Of a stretch of DNA of 64,000 bases, positions 50,901 to 63,510 are shown in pieces; positions within the stretch are counted from its first letter, which is position 1; the number at the start of each line of letters is the position of its first letter. This stretch comes from Mytilus californianus (Eukaryota), in assembly GCF_021869535.1 (NCBI RefSeq), contig NW_026262679.1:83328001-83392000 (forward strand), in the 5' to 3' direction. Both the position numbers and the translations under genes were made by a program. Under the pieces are notes generated by a model that was given only the letters and a program-made list of their open reading frames with translations, made no database searches and was not told where the DNA came from.

Positions 50901-53900
50901 GTCTGAGCTCTGACTGACTATCACTACATATTTTCACTTCTGTATGTCAGAAACGGAAAAAGACTTCTTTATGTCTGAGCTCTGACTGACTATCACAATA
51001 CATATTTTCACTTCTGTATGTCAGAAACAGAAAAAGACTTCTTTATGTCTGAGCTCTGACTGACTATCACAATACATATTTTTAACTTCTGTATGTCAGA
51101 AACAGAAAAAGACTTCTTTATGTCTGAGCTCTGATTGACTATCACAATACATATTTTCACTTCTGTATGTCAGAAACAGAAAAAGACTTCTTTATGTCTG
51201 AGCTCTGACTGACTATCACAATACATAATTTTAACTTCTGTATGTCAGAAACAGAAAAAAACTTCTTTATGTCTGAGCTCTGACTGACTATCACAATACA
51301 TAATTTTAACTTCTGTATGTCAGAGCAGAAAAAGACTTCTTTATGTCTGAGCTCTGACTGACTATCACAATACATATTTTCACTTCTGTATGTCAGAAAC
51401 AGAAAAAGACTTCTTTATGTCTGAGCTATGACTGACTATCACAATACATATTTTCACTTCTGTATGTCAGAAACAGAAAAAGACTTCTTTATGTCTGAGC
51501 TCTGACTGACTATCACAATACATAATTTTAACTTCTGTATGTCAGAAACAGAAAAAAACGTCTTTATGTCTGAGCTCTGACTGACTATCACAATACATAT
51601 TTTCACTTCTGTATGTCAGAAACAGAAAAAGACTTCTTTATGTCTGAGCTCTGACTGACTATCACAATACATAATTTTAACTTCTGTATGTCAGAAACAG
51701 AAAAAGACTTCTTTATGTCTGAGCTCTGACTGACTATCAAAATACATATTTTAACTTCTGTTTGTCAGAAACAGAAAAAGACTTCTTTATGTCTAAGCTC
51801 TGACTGACTATCACTACATATTTTCACTTCTGTATGTCAGAAACGGAAAAAGACTTCTTTATGTCTGAGCTCTGACTGACTATCACAATACATATTTTCA
51901 CTTCTGTATGTCAGAAACAGAAAAAGACTTCTTTATGTCTGAGCTCTGACTGACTATCACAATACATATTTTTAACTTCTGTATGTCAGAAACAGAAAAA
52001 GACTTCTTTATGTCTGAGCTCTGATTGACTATCACAATACATATTTTCACTTCTGTATGTCAGAAACAGAAAAAGACTTCTTTATGTCTGAGCTCTGACT
52101 GACTATCACAATACATAATTTTAACTTCTGTATGTCAGAAACAGAAAAAAACTTCTTTATGTCTGAGCTCTGACTGACTATCACAATACATAATTTGAAC
52201 TTCTGTATGTCAGAAACAGAAAAAGACTTCTTTATGTCTGAGCTCTGACTGACTATCACAATACATATTTTCACTTCTGTATGTCAGAAACAGAAAAAGA
52301 CTTCTTTATGTCTGAGCTCTGACTGACTATCACAATACATATTTTCACTTCTGTATGTCAGAAACAGAAAAAGACTTCTTTATGTCTGAGCTCTGACTGA
52401 CTATCACAATACATAATTTTAACTTCTGTATGTCAGAAACAGAAAAAGACTTCTTTATGTCTGAGCTCTGACTGACTATCACAATACATATTTTCACTTC
52501 TTTATGTCAGAAACAGAAAAAGACTTCTTTATGTCTGAGCTCTGACTGATAGTGATACTGTTTGGCTGGATAATTTTAGCAGGATCATATGAAGATCATG
52601 ATTCCAACAGGATTACATGATTATTCCAAAGACGTCCAAAGTAAAGTTAACACACCAGATATATTAGGACTGCAGACACTTCAGACTAAAATTATATCGA
52701 CAAAAAGGAGGATTCAGATATTTTATGAATTTCTGAGGAAATCACATACTAAAAATTTCTGATATACGAAATAAAGGTTTGCCTTAGTTTCAAGACAGGT
52801 AGCAGAGATGCAGATAATTTTTGTTTTCCCCGTCAGACATTGGGTCCTGCATGTAAGAAATTTTTGCACGTCCTATCAACTGCTTGCATTGCCAGACCTA
52901 CTTTTTTGAAAAATAATCACTAGTTCCCATTTGGATCAAGATACACCATAAAAACCTTGATTAGAACAACCAGGTTAAATAAGGATATGACTTAGACAAC
53001 ATACTGTTCATTAACTTTATGGATTGTTGTCTTATTAATTGGCATAAGAACAATAAGATCAAAAGCAGGGTTTCAGCTAGGATTTTGAGGGCTTTAGTCA
53101 CTTTTGCACGAGATGAAAATCAACCTTTTTTTGGGTAAAAGAAAAGGACCAAAGATATGTATTATGAGCTATGCATCTTTGAAGGACTTAGGCATGCTCA
53201 GGCAGTTATTGCATAATTTGACAGATGTGGTGCTTAAATATGAAGATTATAATAGGATCTAATAAGGATCCGGATTTCTAGTTTACAATTTCACTTCAGT
53301 TATTTTCAGGTGACATTCCTGATCAACAAAAGTTGGGTTCCTTTTTTTTAAAACCAGGAATCACAGCATAAATGAACCTGTAAAGACTATTTCACTACAT
53401 AATCATAATCGTTGTAAAAACGGTTAAATCTATATTTGGAATTCATTTCTATAAACTTGGTACCAAGGATTTGTACAAATCAAAATTGGAACGATTCTAA
53501 TGACTGTATGTTGTAAATTAATCAAGAATAGATCTTGTTTACTTTCGATTTTTAAACAAAATGAAAACAGGAAGTGACAGGAGGATAATAAATTCAGAAT
53601 GAATACAGATTGGTTCGTTTTTAACAAAAGGCAGGAAATTATCATATTTCTAAATCAAGTTGCTTAGTAAGAAATATATTTGTCTCCTTCGTTTATTTTA
53701 TACTAAATGATTTCGTATTTTACGTTTAAATGTCTAATTTATAAAAATACTTTCACGCATGCACAGTACATAGTAAAGGAAGCACCTGTTTGACTCGTGG
53801 AAATATTTCTGAACATTTTGAATAAAGTTCTTTCTCTTTAATCGAAATTGTTGAAAGTTTTTGATGAAAAGTTACTGTGGATTCATTATTATTCGTGGGA

Positions 53901-56900
53901 TACCAATTTTCGTGGATTTCCTGGTTACAGGGGAACCACGAATTTAAATGTTCAACGAATTACAAATTTTCTATAGGATTGTATGCAGACTTTGGCAAAA
54001 CCACAAAATCAAATATCCACGAAACTGCATGTTTTCCTCATTCCACGAAAATTGGTACCCACGAAAATAAATGAATCCACAGTATATAAAATATGACGAA
54101 AACTCGTTCATATGACGAAAATACGACAAACGAACTGCAAATTGTGATCGTTTGAGAAATATTGAAATTAAAATGAGAACTGTCTGCGGGGAAAACATTT
54201 TGTTCAAATGACAAAACTATGATAAACGAACTGCAAATTGTGGTCGTTTGAGAAATATTGAAATTGAAATGCAGACTGACCGATTTTACTGGGGAAAATA
54301 AATATGATCGTCAATTATTTATGAGGTTTTTTAATTAACGGATTATTGACCTATCAGATGGCGATAATCACAACTTATAACACCTGTTGTAAACGTTAAT
54401 TAGATGAGGGTCATAAACTTGTCAAAACCATGAAGACAGGTAGAATTATAGTATTTTCATGCGAAAATATTTTTACACTTTTCAAATTTAAGTGACGAAA
54501 ATGATTTGAAAAACTTTCGTCATTTTGAAAACCTTTTCGTAAATGACAAAAATGACGAGGGCTAGCTAAATCACTGTCAAAAGCAAAGACAGTGGGAAGC
54601 TACATTTACGTTAAAACAAATATATGTGTTCACACATTACTAAAATGAAAAAAACACTCTTAGAAAACCAAAATTTACACTTGTTTTTTTGTTTAATTTA
54701 ATTTACTTAAATCTGGTCATTACGACATTATTTAAAATTTTCCCTAAATAGAACTTTTGGTTTTCAATGCTTTTCAACTACATAATTGATTTGGCCATCA
54801 ATTATTCCAACTGTTGTAATTCATGCACCACTTATTTGTCATATGGAGACGAAACCTGTGTGCTCCGTACTATTAACAATTTTCTCGTTAAAGTGATGTA
54901 TTCACGCCATGGACGCATGGTTTTCTGTCTGGACGCACCATTGCACGAACAGTGCAAGTCCAATTGATGCGTCTGATAACACTTGCTTGTAATCATCAAA
55001 AGTATCCTTCATCTATCAAAAAGAAGCTGAAAACATGCTTCTATTCAATATTTTTACGGAAATTTACTTTCGTTTTCATTTATTCCTATGTGTAATGATA
55101 AATCCCGAGAAAAACGAAAATAATTATGATCACATGACTTATGCTAATTGGATAAACACAGAGAAGATCCAAGTCTGTTTACATCAGCAAGTTTACCTTT
55201 TACCGGCAATAAATGTGTCATTAGAACTTTTGGTTTTCAATGCCTTTCAACAACAAAATTAATTTGGAAGCCAAGGTTACCAGGACCAACAGAAATTTCA
55301 ATTTTGATGGCCCCAAACAGTAAAAAATATTTGCCGTCATTGGGTCTGACTCAAAGAAGTTAATTGCCAGACCCTCTGAATTTCTGCCCCCCTAGGTCCA
55401 ACAGGTCAAACGATTAGTGGCATCACTGGGTAGAAGATAGAATTTACCTCCTCCAAATATGTGTGTAGGTTTAGTAAAAATCATGGTAACAAAAGAATTG
55501 CATTAATACCTGTTTCCAATAGGTCAAACGATTAGTGGCATCACTGGGTAGAAGAAAGAATTTACCCCCTCAAAATATGTGTGTAGGTTTAATAAAAATC
55601 ATGGTAACAAAAGAATTGCATTAAAACCCGTTTTGTTCTGACACCTATGATTAACTTTAGAATAAATTTTAATTGAAGTTTGTTATTACATTTAACTTAA
55701 TATGTCATTTAAATATTACAGAATCAGAATTGCATTGCTAAAAAGAATTATGTTGTATTATAGCATTAAAGACACTGCTTCACTGCTTGTTAACTTACAG
55801 TTCTTTTGACTGAAATATTTTACAGGAATTGAACGAAACCCGAGTAAGAACCACAAGAGAGGTGGAAGAAGTAGATTCAAGTGTGAGAATGGACTATGAG
55901 ACTAAACTGCAGGATGCATTGAGGCAAATGAGAGATGAAAGTGATGAGAAACTGTTTGTTGGCAAACAAGAAATAGAGACAGTTTATGAGAGAAGGGTAA
56001 GAAGTTTTTGATTTTTGTTAACTCAGAAATTTTCCAAGTTTTTTTCATTGGGGAAAAATGCAACAGGATATTATAAGGGGGGGGGGGGGATTGAGAAAGC
56101 GCCCTCTCCCTTCCTTTCCTCCTCATTCAATTAATTTTGGAAAGCCTTTAGTGGTTTTATTTCTATTTTGTCTCGATAAAGTCTTGAATGAACCCCATGC
56201 AATTATTTCATTAATTTACAATGACATATCTGTTAGATACTTTTATAAATGGGTGAGCTATACACAACATCCTGGCAGTTCTTTGAGGTTGAAACATTTT
56301 TGGGATTTTAACATTGCATATATGCAATATTTCAACAGTCAAAACAACAGTTAAGGCAAGTTAAAGATTAGCATTACCACCTAGATTTTAGCCCTGATAT
56401 GCAAATTGTTTGGTCATTTGCAATAAAAGACTTATGATTCTCACAATTCAAGCATAAGCCATATATTTTGAATTAGAAAGCATGTCATAGTTGCGGTCTT
56501 TACCTAAACAAACAAATTATTTATATAGTATTGTCTGTTGGATATTGATGGATTTCTTTTCTTTATATATCGTGTCTTACAGTCTATAGATAAATTTTAT
56601 TTGAAAAAAGGAAATAAAAAGTTATTTTGTAGACCTATCTAAGGCCAAATAAAAATATGTGTGGTTCAGTTCCCCAACTGACCCTAGTTTAAACACCCTG
56701 ACCCTAAAACATTGCATTTTTTGTGTTTCTGAAAAATAAATTTTGAGCGATCCCATTTTATGGTATCTGAATATCAATGAATAAATTCATGGACTTCTGT
56801 CATCTGAATTTCTATTTACAGAAGTATCCACTAACGGCTAGAAATGCAAAAAACCTTAAGGATGTACACCTGGGAGGAGCCAAAAATTTCTAGAATTAAA

Positions 56901-59760
56901 CTTTTTTTCTTAACCTGATTTTTGGTTTTATATAACTGTAAGAAATAAATTGATGAAGAAAAAATCATATGGTGGTGCACTCCTTTTTTTGCTACGGCTA
57001 TTTGAAAGTACCTGTTTTTTATGAATTTCTCATTATTCATCAATTTTTACCCATTTTTGGTCTATTATCATGAAAAAAAAATCACAATTTCACACTTAAA
57101 CTTTATTTCATACTTTCACTAAAAATGATGGGGGACAATCTGAATTTTGACTAAATAAAAAAAAACTAAAGGTTGGTGTTAATATTAGAAAGTTTCATCA
57201 AATTTTGTTCCTTTTTCGTGTCAAATTGACCATGCTTTCAATTTAGTAAATTTGGGATTTTTCTCTATTTTTTAGAACAAAAAGCATATTAATTCAACTT
57301 CTCTGTTATAAATGATTGAAAAAATACATGTCTAAGAATTTTGAACAAATTGATATGGGATGTACATATCTTTAGTAAAATAATTTCTTTGTACCCTCAC
57401 CTATTTTCTCAACATTTTTGCTGATGACACAAGATTGGTTATAAAATTTGAAAATTTTATTACTCAAAAACTACTTAGTATAAGTACACAATTTTTTCAG
57501 AGTTAAGTTTGATTATAATGTTTTTTATATTCATTGATATTTTCCAATTGTATCACATGTTTTGGAAATAATTCCAGAACGAGATTTCAACTAGACTGAA
57601 ACCTCAGAAGAATACATCCTTAACAGAATGCAACAACATTAACAAAAAACATTATATGCCTGTTTATTTTACAACCAAACATATAGAAAATGGTGAACTT
57701 CCGTTAGGAGGTGTATAATAAGGAACCAGACTCTCGAAAACACACTTTTTTTTAGCTCACCTGGCCTTAAAAATCTTTTCTGAAACTACTGGCCCAAATT
57801 TAACCAAACTTGGCCACAATCATCATAGGGGTATCTAGTTTTAAAAATGTGTCCGATGACCCTGCCGGCCAACCAAGATGGCTGACATAGCTAAAAATAG
57901 AACATAGGGGTAAAATGCAAGTTTTGTCTATTATTTTGAAACCATTATAAATAGAGAAAATCTGACAGTGGCAAAAATGTTCAGAATGATGAGCTCTACC
58001 AATTGTCCTTTTACGTCAAAACTATCAGAAGACTTCTTATAAGAGTTATTTCCCTTAAATGACAAATTTTACCATTTTTGTCGAGCCTGCAACTTTTGTC
58101 GCAAAAGCGAGACATAGCAATCCTACATTCCGTCGGCGGCGACGTCCACAAATATTCACTCTATGGTTAAAGTTTTTCAAATTTTAATAACTTTCTTAAA
58201 CTATCCTTGATTTCTACCAAACTTGGACAGAAGCTTGTTTATGATCATAAGATAGTATCCAGAAGTAAATTTTGTAAAAAAAAAAAATCCTGTTTATCCG
58301 TATTTTACTCATAAATGGACTTAGTTTTTCTGCCAGTTAACATTACATTCACTCTGTGGTTAAAGTTTTCAAAATTTTAATAACTATCTTAAACTATCCT
58401 GGATTTGTACCAAACTTGGACAGAAGCTTGTTTATGATCAAAAGCTAGTATCTAGAAGGAAATTTTGTAAAAAAAATTTCCTGTTTTTCCGTATATAACT
58501 TATAAATGAACTTAGTTTTTCTTCCATTTAACATTACATACAGTCTGCCGTTAAAGTTTTTAAAACATTTATTAGATTCATAAACCATCCTGGATTCTTA
58601 CCAAACTTGAACAGAAGCTTCTTACATTCAAAAGATAGTATCTAGAGGAAAATTTTTAATAATTATTTCCCCATTTTTGTTGAGCCTGCGACTGAGGGCA
58701 AAAGTAGGCGAGACACTGGGTTCCGCGGAACCCTTACAAATTTTGTTCATTTTTGCCTATTATCTTGAAAACTATAATAGATAGAGAGAAACTTTAAATT
58801 GCAAAAATGGTCAGCATGATAAGTTCTACAAATAAGTCTGCATGGTTGAAATCGTCAGTCGACTTCTCATTAGAGTTATAGCCCTTTGATGATGAATTTT
58901 ACCAATTTTTTGCGTTTTTGCCTTGTATCTTTAAAATTATAATAGATAGATAGAAACTTAAGTAAGCAAAATGATCAGCAAGACAAGATCTATAATTAAA
59001 ACAATATAGAAGAAATCGTTCAACAACTCCTAATTGAAACTAGTGCCCTTTGATGATGATTTTTACAATTTTTTGTGTTTTTGCCTTGTATATTTAAAAT
59101 TATGATAGATAAATAGACACTTAAATCACAAAAATTATCAACAAGACAAGTTCTACTAGCAAGTCAAATTTTGCCGATATAGTTAGTAGACTGTCACTTT
59201 TTGGAGGAGTGATTGCCCTTAAATTAGGATTTTTTTTTACCCTCTTTTGTGTTTTGAGCAAAAACTAAAACGGGACACTAAACAGACTAAATGATCAGCA
59301 AAACAAGATCAAGAAATCAGAGAATTTTGTCATGAATTCTGTTCTTGTCTACAATATTGGAGAGTGTCCTTTGTTGAATGTGCACATAGACCAAGGTGAG
59401 CGACACAGGCTCTTTAGAGCCTCTAGTTTAGAGATTTTGACAATCCTAAAAATTTATTTAAAAAAAAAAACCTACCTATCGACCCTATATTTTATAGTAT
59501 GTAACTGGAACCACACATACATTTTTATTTGGCCTGATTAGACCTGTAGCCATAGCACTGAGACTTCAGAACTGCACCAGGAAATCAAGATAAAATTTGA
59601 AAAATGTTAATATTTTATTTCCTTTATCAAACAGATTGATGACCTACAGACCCAGTTAGAGAGGACATTGAATGATTCCAGTGTACATAACCATGATGCT
59701 TATACCTATCGTAGACAGGTGGATGAACTCAATTCAGAGCTAGCAAGACTCAAGGACCAG
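44573..59760 (+). CDS. LMNB: B-type nuclear lamin, 5' part (331 codons): join(44573-44985, 47803-47935, 48779-48928, 55826-55996, 59635-59760); continues beyond the window
   Basis: Head with a CDK1-type SPARISR site; coil 1[24 protein letters not shown]; [25 protein letters not shown]. All introns GT-AG and in frame. Exon 4 (171 nt) and exon 5 (126 nt) equal the vertebrate lamin exon sizes. Confidence 0.95.
45816..46204. mobile_element. PIF/Harbinger-like MITE in lamin intron 1
   Basis: taa|ggcc...atctgtgtttccggtaac and gttatcggaaacacagat...ggcc|taa; TAA TSD. Confidence 0.65.
47803..47935 (+). CDS. LMNB: Lamin exon 2 (133 nt)
   Basis: ttaacag|A TAC TAT AAA...TAT AAT|gtatgt; heptad coiled-coil sequence. 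Confidence 0.9.
48779..48928 (+). CDS. LMNB: Lamin exon 3 (150 nt)
   Basis: tttgcag|AAA ATT AAA...GAA CAG|gtatat. Confidence 0.95.
49519..52549. repeat. 74/75-bp satellite array, about 41 copies, in lamin intron 3
   Basis: Unit gtatgtcagaaacagaaaaagacttctttatgtctgagctctgactgactatcacaatacatattttcacttct. Period measured as 74 (49621 to 49695). Confidence 0.97.
53875..54082. mobile_element. Tc1/mariner-type MITE (TA TSD)
   Basis: ta|ctgtggattcatt ... aatgaatccacag|ta; largely palindromic interior. Confidence 0.8.
55403..55624. repeat. Two-copy direct repeat (about 104 bp, period 118)
   Basis: aggtcaaacgattagtggcatcactgggtagaag... at 55403 and 55521. Confidence 0.85.
55826..55996 (+). CDS. LMNB: Lamin exon 4 (171 nt)
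   Basis: tttacag|GAA TTG AAC...AGA AGG|gtaaga; [14 protein letters not shown]. Confidence 0.95.
57746..59429 (+). mobile_element. HINE-like element nested in the Harbinger-like MITE
   Basis: 5' tttttagctcacctgg; 3' ccaaggtgagc plus the hairpin aggctc-ttta-gagcct. Confidence 0.65.
58075..58744 (+). mobile_element. Second HINE-like element nested inside the previous one
   Basis: 5' tttttgtcgagcct; internal repeats of about 190 bp; 3' perfect palindrome gggttccgcggaaccc (58718-58733) followed by a T-run. Confidence 0.6.
59635..59760 (+). CDS. LMNB: Lamin exon 5 (126 nt)
   Basis: caaacag|ATT GAT GAC...GAC CAG|gtatgt. Confidence 0.9.
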
Positions 59761-61106
59761 GTATGTAAATCTGTAACCAAATAAAAAATTTAATGACTTT
59801 ACTCTGTACTGATACAATTACCCTGCGATTCTTAAAAAACAATTTGGTTTTCTATGTCTACTTTATTAACTCCATTTTTAACAAAAATGAATATCTTGAT
59901 TCAATGTCTGTTTTGTAGCCCTATTGTAAAGTCACTTTTTCATTTTTAACAGGATTTTCGAAGGAAATACCGGTTATTGATTTGGGGATGTACGGCGGGC
60001 GGGCAGGCGGCTGCCAAACAATGTCTCTTCAATAACATGAAAATGCTGTGATGATTTTTTTTCAAATTTATATATGTTGTTTCTTGTGACTAAATGAAGG
60101 TCAAGTTCAATTTTCAGGATTTTAGTATTTTTCCTTTTTGAGTTATCACCATTTTTAATATCCAAAAGTGGTATTTTTAAATATTTTTCTCTTGTTATCA
60201 CATTATGACTAAGCATATGGTAAATGTCTTATCTCTCAATTATAATTGGTGTGACAGGTTTATTTGAAAATTTTCTATTTCCTAAGGGGTGATGATTATA
60301 AGCTATATTATTAGACATTTTGAAGTTAATTACATTACTAATTATTATATATGTAATGTTAGAGTACTTACTATGTTAAACCATAGTTCTGTTCAAAGGG
60401 AAATAACCCTTCAGATTTGCAAGTATGATTTTCATTATTAATTAGATCTGGGAAATATCTTAGCATATGATAATAATTGGAGTGACAGATTTATTTGAAA
60501 ATTTTCTGTTTCCTGATAAGATCTGTACGTAGGACTGTATATATAAAGTTTGAAATTTACTAGTAGGACTGTATAAATGAAGTTTGAAATTTACTGTTCA
60601 TTATTAGACACTTTGAAGATAATTACAGATAAGTTTTATAGGTTTTTAAGAGATAGACATTTTGAAGATAATTGCATTACTAATAATTATATATGTAATG
60701 TTAGAGATCTATGTTAAACCATAGTTCTTTTCAAAGGGAAATAACCCTTCAGATTTGCAAGTATGATTTTCATTATTAATTTTTCTTTTCTTTGGTAAAT
60801 TGTTTGAATAATTTTATGGTGTGTTTGTTATTCTGTAAAAACTAATTTTCTGAGTGATATATGTATATAATTGTTTTGTTGTGTCTGTTAATTTTAATTT
60901 TTACTTGATCTTGTTTGGGGTTCCAGATTTGAAAATTCATTAGATAATAATCTATTATTTATAAGTTAAAAAGTTAAAATTAAGATAAGATAAGTTGCAG
61001 ATCTATATTAGTATGTTACAAATGAAAGAAAAAATATTGGGAACTATCAACTATATATATAAAGTTTGATTACACTAAGTGATAAGATAACACACATCTG
61101 GTAATT

Positions 61107-63510
61107 AAGTCTCCCAAACGAAGTTTGGGAAGACTTATTGTTTTTGCTCAGTTCTTATTATTATTATTATTCTTCTTCCTCTTCCTCTTCCTCTTCCGCC
61201 GCTTTTAAATTTGAACTTGTCCGCACCCGTTCTCCAAAACCGCTTGTCAGATTAACTTAGGGTTTCACAATATGTTAGACTAACATGTCTAGTGGTGCAA
61301 TCAGGGTTTTGTTTGTGCAATGGGGTTTATAAAGGGGTACTTTGAGGGGCAAAAAGAAAAGAGGGTTTTACTATAGAACCCTATGGGATTTTATTTTTTA
61401 AAATTTTCAAATGATTATAAATTGAAAACCGTTTGTGATAGACACAATCTTTTTAATTGAAAATGTTCTAAATGATAAAACTCATTAAATGAAATACAGG
61501 GTTAGTCCCCAGGGGTCATCCCCACCCCCTGCCATTAATGAAAGTTCTAATACCTTGTAAGTGGTCAAGATCCCCACCCCTAAACCATATATATTCTGGT
61601 TTGTCATGCTAAGATGGTTTGAATGATATACAGGGTTAGTCCCCAGGGGTCATCCCGACCCCCTGCCATTTAAGAAAGTTCTGATATCTTGTAAATGGTC
61701 AAGATCCCCACCCCTAAACCATATATATTCTGGTTTGTCATGATAAAGCACATGAAATGAAATACAGGGTTAGTCCCCAGGGGTCACCCCCACCCCATGC
61801 CATTTAAGAAAGTTCTAATATCTTGTAAGTGGTCAAGATCCCTACCCCTAAACCATATATATTCTGGTTTGTCATGCTAAGATTATTTGAATGATATACA
61901 GGGTTAGTCCCCAGGGGTCATCCTGACCCCCTGCCATTTGAGAAAGTTCTAATATCTTGTAAGTGGTCAAGATCCCCACCCCTAAACCATATATATTCTG
62001 GTTTGTCATGGGAAGATGGTTTGAATGATATACAGGGTTAGTCCCCAGGGGTCACCCCCAGCCCCTTCTATTTAAGAAAGTTCTAATATCTTGTAAGTGG
62101 TCAAGATCCCCACCCCTAAACCATATATATTCTGGTTTGTCATACCAAGATGGTTTGAATGATATACAGGGTTAGTCCCCAGGGGTCATCCCGACCTCCT
62201 GCCATTTGAGAAAGTTCTAATATCTTGTAAATGGTCGAGATCCCCACCCCTAAACCATATATATTCTGGTTTGTCATGATAAAGCACATCAAATGAAATA
62301 CAGGGTTAGTCCCCAGGGGTCACCCCCATCCCCTGCCATTTAAGAAAGTTCTAATATCTTGTAAGTGGTCAAGATCCCCACCCCTAAACCATATATATTC
62401 TGGTTTGTCATACCAAGATGGTTTGAATGATATACAGGGTTAGTCCCCAGGGGTCATCCCGACCTCCTGCCATTTGAGAAAGTTCTAATATCTTGTAAAT
62501 GGTCGAGATCCCCACCCCTAAACCATATATATTCTGGTTTGTCATGATAAAGCACATCAAATGAAATACAGGGTTAGTCCCCAGGGGTCACCCCCATCCC
62601 CTGCCATTTAAGAAAGTTCTTATATCTTGTAAGTGATCAAGATCCCCACCCCTAAGCCATATATATTCTGGTTTGTCATGTGAAGATGGTTTGAATGATA
62701 TACAGGGTTAGTCCCAAGGGGTCACCCCCAGCCCCTTCTATTTAAGAAAGTTCTAATATCTTGTAAGTGGTCAAGATCCCCACCCCTAAACCATATATAT
62801 TCTGGTTTGTCATACCAAGATGGTTTGAATGATATACAGGGTTAGTCCCCAGGGGTCACCCCCACCCCCTGCTATTTAAGAAAGTTCTAATATCTTGTAA
62901 GTGGTCAAGATCCCCACCCCTAAACCATATATATTCTGGTTTGTCATACCAAGATGGTTTGAATGATATACAGGGTTAGTCCCCAGGGGTCATCCCGACC
63001 GCCTGCCATTTGAGAAAGTTCTAATATCTTGTAAATGGTCGAGATCCCCACCCCTAAACCATATATATTCCTGTTCATCATTTCTCAAACATTTGAATGA
63101 CGTATACGGTCAGTCCCCACTGGGTTCCCCCCACCCCCAATGTTCTAATATCTTGTAAATGGTTGAGATCCCTACCCCTAGACCATATATATTCCTGTTC
63201 GTCGTTTCTCGAACATTTGAATGATGTATAGGGTCAGTCCCCAGGGGTTCCCCCCACCCCCAATGTTCTAGTATCTTGTAAATGGTCGAGATCCCCACCC
63301 CTAAACCATATATATTCTGGGTTGTCATGCCAAGATGATTTGAATGATATACAGGGTTAGTCCCCAGGCATCACTAATGCATTAACTTTACTGGACCAAA
63401 CCAATTTTCACTGGACTTTGTCCAATGTCAGGCGACACTGGGAATTACGAATTATGGGAGCTTCGTTTGGGAGACTTCGTAACAGCATCCTGTTACAATC
63501 ATTTCTTGTT
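61107..63510 (+). mobile_element. HINE/DINE-1-like element carrying a satellite array
   Basis: 5' aagtctcccaaacgaa with an adjacent inverted copy, then an (att)n/(ctt/cct)n microsatellite, then 134-bp tandem repeats. Perfect 3' subTIR ttcgtttgggagactt (63462-63477) followed by the stem-loop gtaacag-catc-ctgttac. Confidence 0.78.
61490..63366. repeat. 134-bp tandem repeat, about 14 copies, in lamin intron 5
   Basis: gttagtcccc recurs at 61501, 61635, 61769 and onward. The last two units are a diverged variant. Confidence 0.95.

Larger units (their letters stand above)
56643..59534. mobile_element. PIF/Harbinger-like MITE expanded by nested insertions (lamin intron 4)
   Basis: taa|ggccaaataaaaatatgtgtggttcagtt ... 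aactggaaccacacatacatttttatttggcc|tga. Confidence 0.65.

Noticed and set aside
49519-52549. Repeat array as a CRISPR locus, or as a repetitive protein (ORFs [16 protein letters not shown]...)
   Set aside because: Units are contiguous with no unique spacers and no cas genes. The mix of 74- and 75-bp units breaks the frame, so the ORFs are by-products.
63110-63328. ORF with a repeated NIYGLGVGISTIYKILEHWGWGEP motif
   Set aside because: It is the translation of the two variant 134-bp satellite units.
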